Part shown: one piece after another, positions 48,081 through 57,458 of the stretch
Layout: each line of letters begins with the position of its first letter
Position numbering within the stretch: the stretch's first letter is position 1
IMG/VR virus record: IMGVR_UViG_3300037042_004000
Coordinates: 10,323 to 74,322 of that record
Length of the DNA: 64,000 nt
Direction: 5' to 3' (one strand)
Source: a virus
Made by a program: the position numbers and the translations under genes
The notes under the pieces: generated by a model
Told to the model about the DNA's origin: nothing
What the model saw: the letters and a program-made list of their open reading frames with translations, nothing else
Database searches by the model: none

Positions 48081-48566
48081 ATGAACAATGTAGTTAAGTT
48101 ATTATCAGTTTTCTTTGTAGTTTTTATTATTGGTTGTGGGGCAAATCTTTTTATTGGCGGTCTTGTTAATGGTGCTATAGATTTTTATCTTGTATGGAAA
48201 GATGGCGAGGCCCATAAATGCTATGATTATGATGTTTTTATCATTCGTAATTCTGTCATAATGGCTCTTGAAGAAATGAAAATACCTATCACAGAATTAG
48301 GCGATAATAAAATTATAGCTGGTGAAAAAGAACGATTCAAGATAAAAATAGAAAAAATTCAGTCAAATATAACAAAATTAAGTGTTAGAATTAACTTCAT
48401 GGGTGATAAACCATATGCAGAATTATTATATCAACTTGTAGATGACCATTTAAATACAATTGATTTTCAAAAACCAATTCCTCAATTATCTCCAGTTCCT
48501 AAACAAATAATTCCCAAACAAACAATGCCAATTAGAAGGCGATTGTTTAGGAGAAACATGGTATGA
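48081..48566 (+). CDS. DUF3568-like lipoprotein
   Basis: Signal with IIGC lipobox; TKLSVRI.FMGD motif. Confidence 0.6.
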   Translation: MNNVVKLLSVFFVVFIIGCGANLFIGGLVNGAIDFYLVWKDGEAHKCYDYDVFIIRNSVIMALEEMKIPITELGDNKIIAGEKERFKIKIEKIQSNITKLSVRINFMGDKPYAELLYQLVDDHLNTIDFQKPIPQLSPVPKQIIPKQTMPIRRRLFRRNMV

Positions 48567-49195
48567 CATTTAAATTATGGTTAGAAGCCCAATTGGCTTA
48601 TGATATGCGTAATTTGGATAATCCAGATGCTGGTGATCCAAATTGGCTTACAAATGATAAAAAAAACAAATTGCGAGGATTATATGCTGGACCGACTCCC
48701 AAAAAAGGTATGCACGAATTAAAAGTTTGGTGGAATCAAGCCGTAGATAGAAATTTTATTCAATCGGTCACAACTATTCATTTTGGTCATGCTGATAGAA
48801 TTGATAAAGAAATACAAGGCAATAAAAATGATGATCTCTCATGCATAGGCTACATTAATCCACCGTATAAAAACAATTGGGTGGGCAATTGCGGAATAAT
48901 AGTAAAAGGTCATATTACTCTAGCAGGTAATTCTGACCTTCAGAGTAATCAATGGGTGATAAGAACTCGTACAGGTCGTCGCAAATATTCAGAATATTAT
49001 AGAGATTTTATTATTGATAAAAATACTTTTGTGCCACCATCGGGAAGAAAATACAATGAATTTTTAGTGGCAAATTGGTCACCTATTGCCGTAGTGGTAA
49101 GTGGTGACAATCTTGATTCTTCTATGACGCCACAACAATTGTCCCAAAAATATAAATTACCATTATTAGATGAGAGTGGGCAGCGTTTAGCTTAA
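48563..49195 (+). CDS. Putative internal head protein, possible ART-like fold
   Basis: Begins MTFKLWLEA; H...LSC...YNE. Confidence 0.6.
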   Translation: MTFKLWLEAQLAYDMRNLDNPDAGDPNWLTNDKKNKLRGLYAGPTPKKGMHELKVWWNQAVDRNFIQSVTTIHFGHADRIDKEIQGNKNDDLSCIGYINPPYKNNWVGNCGIIVKGHITLAGNSDLQSNQWVIRTRTGRRKYSEYYRDFIIDKNTFVPPSGRKYNEFLVANWSPIAVVVSGDNLDSSMTPQQLSQKYKLPLLDESGQRLA

Positions 49196-50559
49196 ATTAC
49201 AAATTTTCTAACCAATTTGTTGTTTTGGACATCCCACATTTCATTAGATCCAATATTTTCAATAGTTGATACGCTAGTAATCGCAGCTTCTGCCATCTCT
49301 TCTTCACTTGAAGAAATTTCTTCTGTTATATTGCCACGTTTGTCTAATGTAAAATATTTATCTGCTGGGACTTCAACCTCTATATTGGTAATATCTAGCC
49401 CATTAGCTAACATGCTTACTCCTTTATAAAATTTAGACAATTTAATCATTTTTGTTTGTGGAACAAGTATACCATTATCAAAGTTTATAACATCATGTGC
49501 GCCTTCAATATCATCTTTACAGATATTCCTCATCATTTTAACATCTGGGCTTTTAATGCCTTTATTGAGAAATTCGGCTATCATTACATCCTGATAAGGT
49601 CGTCCAGCGGTCATGTCTAACTGCAACATCATATCTGCAATTGCCTGGGTATACTTTACAACTCTAGGCGTTTTAATAACAGCTTGTGCCAAATAAGCAT
49701 ACGCAGCATCCCTAGCTGTCTTTAAAGCCGTCATTTGGTCTTTACCGTTCGATTTTTCTTTTTCATAAATCCCAACCATAATATTCCACCATGCACCTAA
49801 AAAGACTCTGCCAAAACTATGGCATTCACTACTTAATTGATTATCTGACGATTCCTTTGGCAAACCTTCTGGCGGAACATATCTAAAATTATTATTTGCA
49901 TCTCGTAAAGCATAAGATAGTGTAGCTCCTAAATCATGTAAAATTTGACCAGCTTGTTCCGCCAAGGAAGACAAAGAATTTGTCTTCCTTAAATCACCAC
50001 CACAATCTGCTAAGGCTCTATTCAACAATTCATCAAATTGCATTGATGTTATAATGGCAGAAATATCGGAAAACGCTTCGTGAAAAGCCCAAATTTCCAA
50101 TGCTTGTACACTCCAGAAATCAGGTCTAACAGCATCTAAAATTGCGTGACCTTGTTCATGTGCCACAACATTGGCAGATTCTACCATAAAAATTTGTCTT
50201 TTAGATTTATCAATAAAAGAGAAAAATTTTATATTAGCTCTGTCATAATAAGCATTAAGTTCGTTGCCTGCTCTAGGAAAAACTTTAAGGGTATTGGTTG
50301 CAGCCCATTTTTTTAAAGGTAGATATTTGCTAGCATAATCTAACCCAGCAACCATTGTAATAACAGCGCCATTTGCTTGTCCTTCTAATGTGCCGAGATT
50401 GGCTGCTTGGCCTTTAAATCCTGCTACTGACAATTTCATTGTTTCTGGCAAATTTGGTAATGTTGCTTTTTTAACAAGTTGAATGGCGGGATCATCTAGA
50501 AAATAATCTGTAATAACTGGTGTGGCAAAGAACCGTTTGATGTTGTTAATAATTTGCAT
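49192..50559 (-). CDS. Thermolysin/fungalysin-like (M4/M36) metallopeptidase
   Basis: NAYY, VVAHEQGH, HEAFSD, ECH. Confidence 0.85.
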   Translation of the reverse strand: MQIINNIKRFFATPVITDYFLDDPAIQLVKKATLPNLPETMKLSVAGFKGQAANLGTLEGQANGAVITMVAGLDYASKYLPLKKWAATNTLKVFPRAGNELNAYYDRANIKFFSFIDKSKRQIFMVESANVVAHEQGHAILDAVRPDFWSVQALEIWAFHEAFSDISAIITSMQFDELLNRALADCGGDLRKTNSLSSLAEQAGQILHDLGATLSYALRDANNNFRYVPPEGLPKESSDNQLSSECHSFGRVFLGAWWNIMVGIYEKEKSNGKDQMTALKTARDAAYAYLAQAVIKTPRVVKYTQAIADMMLQLDMTAGRPYQDVMIAEFLNKGIKSPDVKMMRNICKDDIEGAHDVINFDNGILVPQTKMIKLSKFYKGVSMLANGLDITNIEVEVPADKYFTLDKRGNITEEISSSEEEMAEAAITSVSTIENIGSNEMWDVQNNKLVRKFVI

Positions 50560-50587
50560 TTTGTCTCTCCTTTCTATTATATATTAT

Positions 50588-51184
50588 ATGAACGAAAAAG
50601 AACAAAAGATAAAAGAACTAAGAGCCATTGAGGCTAATAAGAAGAATTATATGGGATTAAGTGGCAAATTTGGGTTAATTGTCAAAACGCTAGGACAACC
50701 CATTATAGAACAACATGAGGGCGGGAGTTGGTATGAGTCAAGTTATTTGGACGAAGTAGATAATTTTGAAAATGACGGCGATATTGTAGATGAATTGCCT
50801 AAAATGGATGTTGAAGAAAGAAATGAACCTGTTGGTGATGAATGGAGAAACGAAAGAATTGATGGAACTATTTATTCTCCTGTTTCCATTGGATGGTATT
50901 TTGAAGGATTAAATATTGGAATGCATATTGAGATTCTGTATAAAGAAAACGATAAGTTGTTAAGAGTATCGTTTAAAGGACATGTTGTTTATAAGGAAAC
51001 AATGGGAGAATTAGAGGCATTTGTTCCTGGTGTTGAATGGGAATCATTAATTGATAAATTGTATATTTCAGCAAAAGAAAAACATGCTGTTTTGAAACGT
51101 GATAATAAACAAAAAGATGAACAAAAAAATGTTCGTCTTAAAAAGAATTGGCTTAAAAAAATTAATGAAATTTGGGGCGTGTGA
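50588..51184 (+). CDS. Hypothetical protein
   Basis: Start reassigned to MNEKEQ, 4 nt after TATATA. Confidence 0.7.
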   Translation: MNEKEQKIKELRAIEANKKNYMGLSGKFGLIVKTLGQPIIEQHEGGSWYESSYLDEVDNFENDGDIVDELPKMDVEERNEPVGDEWRNERIDGTIYSPVSIGWYFEGLNIGMHIEILYKENDKLLRVSFKGHVVYKETMGELEAFVPGVEWESLIDKLYISAKEKHAVLKRDNKQKDEQKNVRLKKNWLKKINEIWGV

Positions 51185-51215
51185 AATTTGTAATAATTTG
51201 CCTATATATTTGGAC

Positions 51216-51983
51216 ATGGAAAGCTACAGTAAATGGGTGAAAATTCGTGAAGGAATAGCTACAGGAAGAGGTGTTATTGAACCTCCTACAAAAGATGATA
51301 ACGACGAAGGCCCCTACGATCCACAGTGGCCAAATTACTGGAAACGAATTGAACAGTGGATCGGTTCTCATTACGATGAATTTTTACCACTTTTTGAAAT
51401 GATGGTAGAACAGTCGATTGCGTTAAACCCCGATACTAATGCCAAATATAAAGGCGGAATAGGGAAAGATGAACCGCTTTTTAGAGTTGAATTGGTGTGG
51501 GTTGTAAATCAACTTGAAAACAAACTGTTGTTCGATCAAATCGACAACAAATTAGAAGCCGTCCTCTCCCGATCTTCAATAAAAGAGATCATGCCTGATG
51601 CTGATATGGAGAGAGAATTGGCATCTGGATTGACAGATATGTGTTATCGGTCTGTCCTTATGAGTTTCTCGAAGTTCTGCAATCCGTATTCTGAAAACAA
51701 GGCTTTTTACAAAAAAGCGATAGATTTTTTGATTGAGGCATCACAACGAAGGGATTTGTTTGTTTTAGCTGGGAAGTTAGCCTTGATGACTATGGAAAGG
51801 ATTTGTTCATCTGCTTTTAGAGACACATCTATTTGTAGTCATTTAGATAAGGCTAAATTAGTACCTATAGATAATGAGGATGGAAAATTAACACTATTCT
51901 ACAATAACGTTAATTTTAGAGATGGCAACAAAGCATTCACATTCACAGTTGATAGAATGTGTGTGCTTAAATTAATGGTTTAG
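51216..51983 (+). CDS. Hypothetical, putative internal head protein
   Basis: Start reassigned to MESYSKWVKIRE after CCTATATATT. Confidence 0.7.
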   Translation: MESYSKWVKIREGIATGRGVIEPPTKDDNDEGPYDPQWPNYWKRIEQWIGSHYDEFLPLFEMMVEQSIALNPDTNAKYKGGIGKDEPLFRVELVWVVNQLENKLLFDQIDNKLEAVLSRSSIKEIMPDADMERELASGLTDMCYRSVLMSFSKFCNPYSENKAFYKKAIDFLIEASQRRDLFVLAGKLALMTMERICSSAFRDTSICSHLDKAKLVPIDNEDGKLTLFYNNVNFRDGNKAFTFTVDRMCVLKLMV

Positions 51984-52435
51984 AAGAAGAATAGAAAATA
52001 AACTATTGCTCCAACTTGTGCTACTATAACTCCAATTCCAGTCCAATCCCACGCATTTAATTTCTTTTCATCTTCAGCCTTTAGTAAGGCTCTTCTTGTT
52101 GGGATTTTTAATGCGGCTACTTGTTCTTTAAGAGAAGTGAGTTCTGCTTCGTAATTAGATGATGGTTGTTCTTTTACAACCGTTCTCTCTACTTCAGTTA
52201 AATTTAATGTATATTCTGGCTTAAAAGTTTCTTTCTTAATAACGGTCTGACCATCTTCGTCATAGGTGTGAATTTCTCTTTCAACAATCACAGGCGCTCT
52301 TCGTTCAATTATTTTTTCACTTAAAAATTTTGGGACTGGTTTTTCCACCCAAATTTCCTGAACAGTTTCTTCATAAATTCTTTTTTCGGCTTTTCGGCCA
52401 TCTTCTAATACAATTTGTTTTACGGTTTCACTCAT
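51980..52435 (-). CDS. Hypothetical protein with C-terminal membrane anchor
   Basis: Hydrophobic C-terminal segment of about 20 aa. Confidence 0.7.
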   Translation of the reverse strand: MSETVKQIVLEDGRKAEKRIYEETVQEIWVEKPVPKFLSEKIIERRAPVIVEREIHTYDEDGQTVIKKETFKPEYTLNLTEVERTVVKEQPSSNYEAELTSLKEQVAALKIPTRRALLKAEDEKKLNAWDWTGIGVIVAQVGAIVYFLFFF

Positions 52436-52525
52436 ACAATGCCCTCATTCTGATTATTATATAGTAGTAAACGTAGAAAATTTTCATGATTAATAATCGC
52501 CAAAAAGAAGGCTAATTTTGGGCAC

Positions 52526-52729
52526 TTATTTGTTTATTTTTTGCTTTATTTCTTTAAGGTCTTGGTGGATGTTATCAACTATCTCTTTATTATGTGTAAT
52601 TATCTCTTGATTTTGTGTAACTATTGTGTGGTTGTGCAAAGTTAATATGGCATTACTAATGACAAAAATCACTATTACTACATTAAAAATAAATTGCACA
52701 ACATATAAAGACACTGAAATATTTTTCAT
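52526..52729 (-). CDS. Small membrane protein (N-terminal TM plus coiled coil)
   Basis: Hydropathy. Confidence 0.6.
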   Translation of the reverse strand: MKNISVSLYVVQFIFNVVIVIFVISNAILTLHNHTIVTQNQEIITHNKEIVDNIHQDLKEIKQKINK

Positions 52730-52743
52730 ACAATATATAGTGT

Positions 52744-53499
52744 ATGATTACTTTTTTGGAGTATGTTAAAAAGAAAAAATTCTCAAAAAAATTCATACAA
52801 CAATACGGACACTTTAAAGTCTGTGTTGTGAATGGCAAGGCAGTTAGGGATTTTTCTAAAGAGGCAGAGGAATTCGGGGAAATTTCTATACACCCTTATT
52901 TTCCTACTCTAATTCCAAAAAACGAAATTTGGATAGAGGATAATATTAAACCGAAAGAACAAGGAGTGTTAATTGCGTCCGCTTTACATCAATTGAAAAA
53001 AATAGAAAGTGGCATGTCTTTGGAAAAGGCATATGAAGATGGTATGAAAAAACAAAATAAATATAGAGAAGCTATATTGTTATCCAAAAAGAAAATTTAT
53101 TCAACAAATAAGTCGGCACCAGATTATGTTTATATTAAAAAATATGGGCATGTAGAAAACGAAGATGTAGATGTTTGGCTGGTGGATGGTGAAACAGTAA
53201 GAAACCATTTTAAGGTTGATTATTTGGAAGGGGGACATGGATATGTTTATGGATGGATTCCCAATGGTGAAATTTGGATAGAAAAAAGCCCACATCCAAA
53301 TGAGTGGTCATATATTTTACTTCATGAATATGTTGAATTGGTGTTAATGAAATATAAGAAGATGGGGTACGATAAAGCTCATGCAATAGCATCTAAATGC
53401 GAATGGTATATGCGAAAATATAAATCAAATTATTCTAAAAAACAAGCTCTTTCTCTTACCAAAGAAAAAGCACTTGAATTAGTTAGGAGAAACAAATGA
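52744..53499 (+). CDS. Two-repeat zincin-like protein
   Basis: Duplicated V.G..VR...IP..EIWIE unit; HEYVE...KAH in second copy; begins MITFLEYV. Confidence 0.65.
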   Translation: MITFLEYVKKKKFSKKFIQQYGHFKVCVVNGKAVRDFSKEAEEFGEISIHPYFPTLIPKNEIWIEDNIKPKEQGVLIASALHQLKKIESGMSLEKAYEDGMKKQNKYREAILLSKKKIYSTNKSAPDYVYIKKYGHVENEDVDVWLVDGETVRNHFKVDYLEGGHGYVYGWIPNGEIWIEKSPHPNEWSYILLHEYVELVLMKYKKMGYDKAHAIASKCEWYMRKYKSNYSKKQALSLTKEKALELVRRNK

Positions 53500-53720
53500 T
53501 AGCAACTGGTGGAATTTTAATATCTGGAACTAGTTTATATAGAAAAACAAGAGTGCCACCTCTTTTAATACCTAATGCCATTGTGCTTATTGGTAATTCT
53601 ATGCTGTATGGACGAAGAAGATCGCTATCTCGATTAACGGGAGTGGATGCCTATGACAATCGTTGTAGAGAACCATCTGCTTTAGATAGATTACGCCGTC
53701 ACCAAATCACGGAGGTGTAA
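53496..53720 (+). CDS. Small basic hypothetical protein
   Basis: ATGA-coupled. Confidence 0.45.
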   Translation: MIATGGILISGTSLYRKTRVPPLLIPNAIVLIGNSMLYGRRRSLSRLTGVDAYDNRCREPSALDRLRRHQITEV

Positions 53721-54591
53721 TTAAATCCGCTGCTATTAAAGTATATGGAATCTCTGTTATTTCATCTGGGTTGTTATTGCCATTGTCATATGTGTAATTA
53801 ATTTTTCTTCCCAAATCTCCAGCTTTCGCACCCGCTGGATATTCAATTATTTGTTCAATTCTGTCAGACCCATCCACAGTTATTTTTTGGAAATTAAAAA
53901 TGCCAGACTTGCCACCCAATAATTCATAATCCTCCCTAACAGTTGTTGGATCAAGATCTAAAGAAATTCCTTTAGAACTTTCTGCATGATATATTACATC
54001 ACCAGCTACAGTGTCTCCTTCAGTTGCCCATGCATTGGGATTTAAATAAACTAACATGTTTTGACCATCAGCAAAATCAAATCTGTATGTGCCGCCAACA
54101 GTGTGTCGCATGAAATATGTTGGTAATTCCGCAACACCAGCTAGAGCGTTAAATCTTAAAGCCTCTTCTGCTGTTCCATTTTGAATGTAGAATCTAAATC
54201 TAGTTACTGGTAAAGTTTGTCTTATTAATACCCTATCCAGGTTTTGTGGCAACTCAGCAAGAAAATATGTGGAAAATGTCGTATTAGCATTTAAAAGAGT
54301 GACTATTTCTGAAGCGGTAGTTGCTGCCAAAGTAGTGCCACCAATATCCACAGTAACAGTAGACCAATTTTTATACAACTCATTGTTAAATGCAAATATG
54401 ATAGTTAAATTTCTTCTGGCGCTTGCATCTGCATCAACACCAGAAAGATCAAATGGACTTTGAGACCAACTAGTAACAATGTTGTCTCCACGTCCTGCAT
54501 TTGGAGCACATTTGAAATTTTGACTATATTGTCTATCGCCAAGTAACCAAGTACCTATAAATTCAACATTAAATGGATTTTGAAAAAACAT
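53707..54591 (-). CDS. Probable virion structural protein
   Basis: Acidic; TASEIVTLLNA motif; AAGGAG SD. Confidence 0.65.
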   Translation of the reverse strand: MFFQNPFNVEFIGTWLLGDRQYSQNFKCAPNAGRGDNIVTSWSQSPFDLSGVDADASARRNLTIIFAFNNELYKNWSTVTVDIGGTTLAATTASEIVTLLNANTTFSTYFLAELPQNLDRVLIRQTLPVTRFRFYIQNGTAEEALRFNALAGVAELPTYFMRHTVGGTYRFDFADGQNMLVYLNPNAWATEGDTVAGDVIYHAESSKGISLDLDPTTVREDYELLGGKSGIFNFQKITVDGSDRIEQIIEYPAGAKAGDLGRKINYTYDNGNNNPDEITEIPYTLIAADLITPP

Positions 54592-54694
54592 ATTTTTTCT
54601 CCTTTATCTGTGCTTTCAACCATCTTGCTCAAACAGTTGCGGCACAATTTATATACTATTTGTTAGTATAGAAAAATAAGAAAAAATTAAGATT

Positions 54695-55012
54695 TCAAAC
54701 ACCCTTTTTTACCAAGTCTACTAATCTCTGTCTTTCCAGTGTAATTTTGTTGTGTAGGGTTTTTGGTGTTCGTTTTCGTAAACGAGAACCACATTGAGCA
54801 ATTGTTGCAATCTTGTCCCTAGTATAAGTCTTTACAGGGGCATCTTGAAAATTGCGTTCAATAGAACCTTCACGAAGTTCAATTCCACGAATGTATTTGG
54901 AATTGGACTCAATAACTAATACCGTCCTACGAACAGGATGAGAATGACTGCCTTTATAATACAATTTAGCAACAGGCATCCGACTAACAAAACCATAATC
55001 TTTCTTTGGCAT
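54695..55012 (-). CDS. WYL-like domain protein
   Basis: Y.G.....RRTV......Y..G........KTY..DKI pattern. Confidence 0.5.
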   Translation of the reverse strand: MPKKDYGFVSRMPVAKLYYKGSHSHPVRRTVLVIESNSKYIRGIELREGSIERNFQDAPVKTYTRDKIATIAQCGSRLRKRTPKTLHNKITLERQRLVDLVKKGV

Positions 55013-55043
55013 AAAAATTTCTCCTTCTTTCTTGCACCTTCAT

Positions 55044-55072
55044 ATTATAATAATTGCCAAGTCACTTTTCAA
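55044..55072 (-). promoter_or_regulatory. Sigma70-type promoter
   Basis: TTGAAA-17 nt-TATAAT upstream of the WYL-like gene. Confidence 0.7.
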
Positions 55073-55214
55073 GATTATTTTCTTTTTTATTCCACTTTTC
55101 AAAGATTTTGAATGTTAAAAAACTAAAAATACCACCAACTATGCTCTTTAACATAAAAAGCATAACCGTAACAATACTAACACCTAATATCAAAAAATTG
55201 CGTTTTTTAGCCAT
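55062..55214 (-). CDS. 50-aa membrane protein
   Basis: Not in ORF track; GGAGGT SD; MAKKRNFLILGVSIVTVMLFMLKSIVGGIFSFLTFKIFEKW. Confidence 0.65.
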   Translation of the reverse strand: MAKKRNFLILGVSIVTVMLFMLKSIVGGIFSFLTFKIFEKWNKKENNLEK

Positions 55215-55243
55215 AATTTCACCTCCGTTAACTATATAATCTT

Positions 55244-57124
55244 ATGAACGCATTAAAAATTTCTAGGGAGGCAGTTAAAACTCCAAAACAAAAATTTAAT
55301 AAGTTCTATAAAAGACAAAACTCTGTAGCTGAACTTGTTGAAACCAAAGAATGGGAAATATATGCTCAATTCTATGATTTTGACCAATATGAACTAGAAA
55401 TACAGATAAATCCAGAAGAAGATCCAGAAACTTTTGATGAACAACGACAACTTGAAGAATTTGAAAAATGTGCCCTAAGCTTTTTTTACTTTTGTCACAA
55501 ATATGTTAAAATTTTTCATCCTACGGAAGGTTTGTTGCCTTGTATTCTTTATAAATACCAACGATTTGTTATTAAATGTTATGAGGATAACAGGTTTTCA
55601 ATTATTAGTAAATTCCGTCAAGGTGGATTGACCACTATAGCTGTCCTTTGGGGTCTGTGGAGAGCTATGTTTAGAACGGACCAAAAGATAATGGTTCTAT
55701 CTAAAACAGATCGTGAAGCTATAGCCGCTGGTGAAATAGCTAAAAGAGCCTTGGAATACTTCCCATCTTGGCTTAAACCCAAAATGGATGGAATGTCAAA
55801 ACATGAAAAAATATTCCAAGAAACAGGTTCCTCCCTGTATTTCTATACTCCAGAAGCAGCCCGTGGTAAATCTGTTACCGTACTTATTATTGATGAGGCA
55901 GCTTTTATTGATGATATGGAAAGTCATTGGAAAGCTATGTATCCCACAATTAGCACTGGTGGTTCCTGTTTTGTTATTTCCACCGTTAATGGTCTAGGTA
56001 ATTGGTACGAAGAACAATACCATGAAGCTGAATCTGGGAAAAATGAGTTTAAAGTTATTGACTTAGATTATTGGTTGCACCCTGAATATTGTGCTCCTAA
56101 TTGGGAAAAAACGGCACTAGCCAATATGGGAGAAAAAGCCTTCCAACAAGAAATTTTAAGGAATTTTCTTGGCTCTGGTGATACTTATATCCCTCCACAT
56201 ATTATTCGTGAATTAGATGAACAAACCAGAGATAAAGAACCATTAAGAATATTGTTCCCAAAATGGGCTAATAAAGAAGAACGAGTGGTAGATTGGGAAG
56301 CAGGCGCACTCTGGATTTGGAAAGAACCTAAAGATGGCTGTGATTATATCATTGGTGTTGATTGTGCCGAAGGTGTCGGTGATGATGGCGACAATAGCTG
56401 CTTCCAAGTTCTAAATATGCAAACAATGGAACAATGCGCTGAATTTATTAGTAATCGAGTTCCACCAAATATATTTTCGCAAATTATTCAACAAATTGGC
56501 GTCTATTATAATGTTGCCTTAGTTGTTGTGGAAAATAACGCCATTGGAAGTGCTGTTGCAAGTAACCTTCATGTATCTCTAGGATATGAAAATCTTTATC
56601 ATGAAATAAAGAAAAGAACTGATGCAAGACCAGGGGTAAAAATTGGTCTCCAAAATAGACCAGTTTATTTGGAGGCTCTCCAGAATAGATTGATAAATGG
56701 TAACTTACTTATAAATAGTAGACGATTTGTTTCTGAATTGACTACCTTTAGATTTGATAGAAGGAAAAAACGGGCAGAAGCACAAAAAGGTAGACATGAT
56801 GATTGTATCATGGCTCTGTGTATTGCGTTATATACCAGAGATATGATGATGCATGATTTGCCTGTTGGTATTCATGTGCCAGAAGAAACTACTGCTGTTT
56901 TTAAATCGGAAATGTTTGAACTTATTAAAAGAGAAATACTTAAAGATACGCCTGATAATGAACTAGAAGGTGATGAAGAACTACCTGATCCTTTCTATAT
57001 TGAACAAACAGAAGATGAAACAGGATTGGCACTTGGCTTCAGAAGGCGCAACTCCGCTATCCTTTCCGAATTCGGCTGGGTTATCTTTTTAGCACTCTGG
57101 TTGGTAAATACTATTGGTGTTTAA
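55244..57124 (+). CDS. Terminase large subunit (T4 gp17-like)
   Basis: LYKYQ, KFRQGGLTT, IIDEAAF, ISTVNG, IGVDCAEG, HDDCIMA. Confidence 0.95.
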   Translation: MNALKISREAVKTPKQKFNKFYKRQNSVAELVETKEWEIYAQFYDFDQYELEIQINPEEDPETFDEQRQLEEFEKCALSFFYFCHKYVKIFHPTEGLLPCILYKYQRFVIKCYEDNRFSIISKFRQGGLTTIAVLWGLWRAMFRTDQKIMVLSKTDREAIAAGEIAKRALEYFPSWLKPKMDGMSKHEKIFQETGSSLYFYTPEAARGKSVTVLIIDEAAFIDDMESHWKAMYPTISTGGSCFVISTVNGLGNWYEEQYHEAESGKNEFKVIDLDYWLHPEYCAPNWEKTALANMGEKAFQQEILRNFLGSGDTYIPPHIIRELDEQTRDKEPLRILFPKWANKEERVVDWEAGALWIWKEPKDGCDYIIGVDCAEGVGDDGDNSCFQVLNMQTMEQCAEFISNRVPPNIFSQIIQQIGVYYNVALVVVENNAIGSAVASNLHVSLGYENLYHEIKKRTDARPGVKIGLQNRPVYLEALQNRLINGNLLINSRRFVSELTTFRFDRRKKRAEAQKGRHDDCIMALCIALYTRDMMMHDLPVGIHVPEETTAVFKSEMFELIKREILKDTPDNELEGDEELPDPFYIEQTEDETGLALGFRRRNSAILSEFGWVIFLALWLVNTIGV

Positions 57125-57125
57125 T

Positions 57126-57458
57126 ATGTATAAAAAATTATTAGAAGAAGCTTTAAAATCAATTCCATCAGATAACAAACATTCCACCCTAAGACTTTGT
57201 GTTAAAAGAGCTTTGGATGAAGCAGTCAGTATCGAAAAAAAGAATATAAGGAAACAAGAACAACTGGCCGTCAACCTTATGCAACAATGGAAATTTGACG
57301 CAAAAAACAGTATCCTTATAAATCCAAATAATCCAAATCACACAGCGAATACTATAAAGTTTATTGACCAAATGATTGAAGAAGAAAATAAAAAACTACA
57401 AAGTTTAAAGAGTAAGCCTTCAATTCCTGATTCTTCGCCAATTACTATCAACGATTAA
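57126..57458 (+). CDS. Hypothetical helical protein
   Basis: 1 nt after terminase stop. Confidence 0.65.
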   Translation: MYKKLLEEALKSIPSDNKHSTLRLCVKRALDEAVSIEKKNIRKQEQLAVNLMQQWKFDAKNSILINPNNPNHTANTIKFIDQMIEEENKKLQSLKSKPSIPDSSPITIND

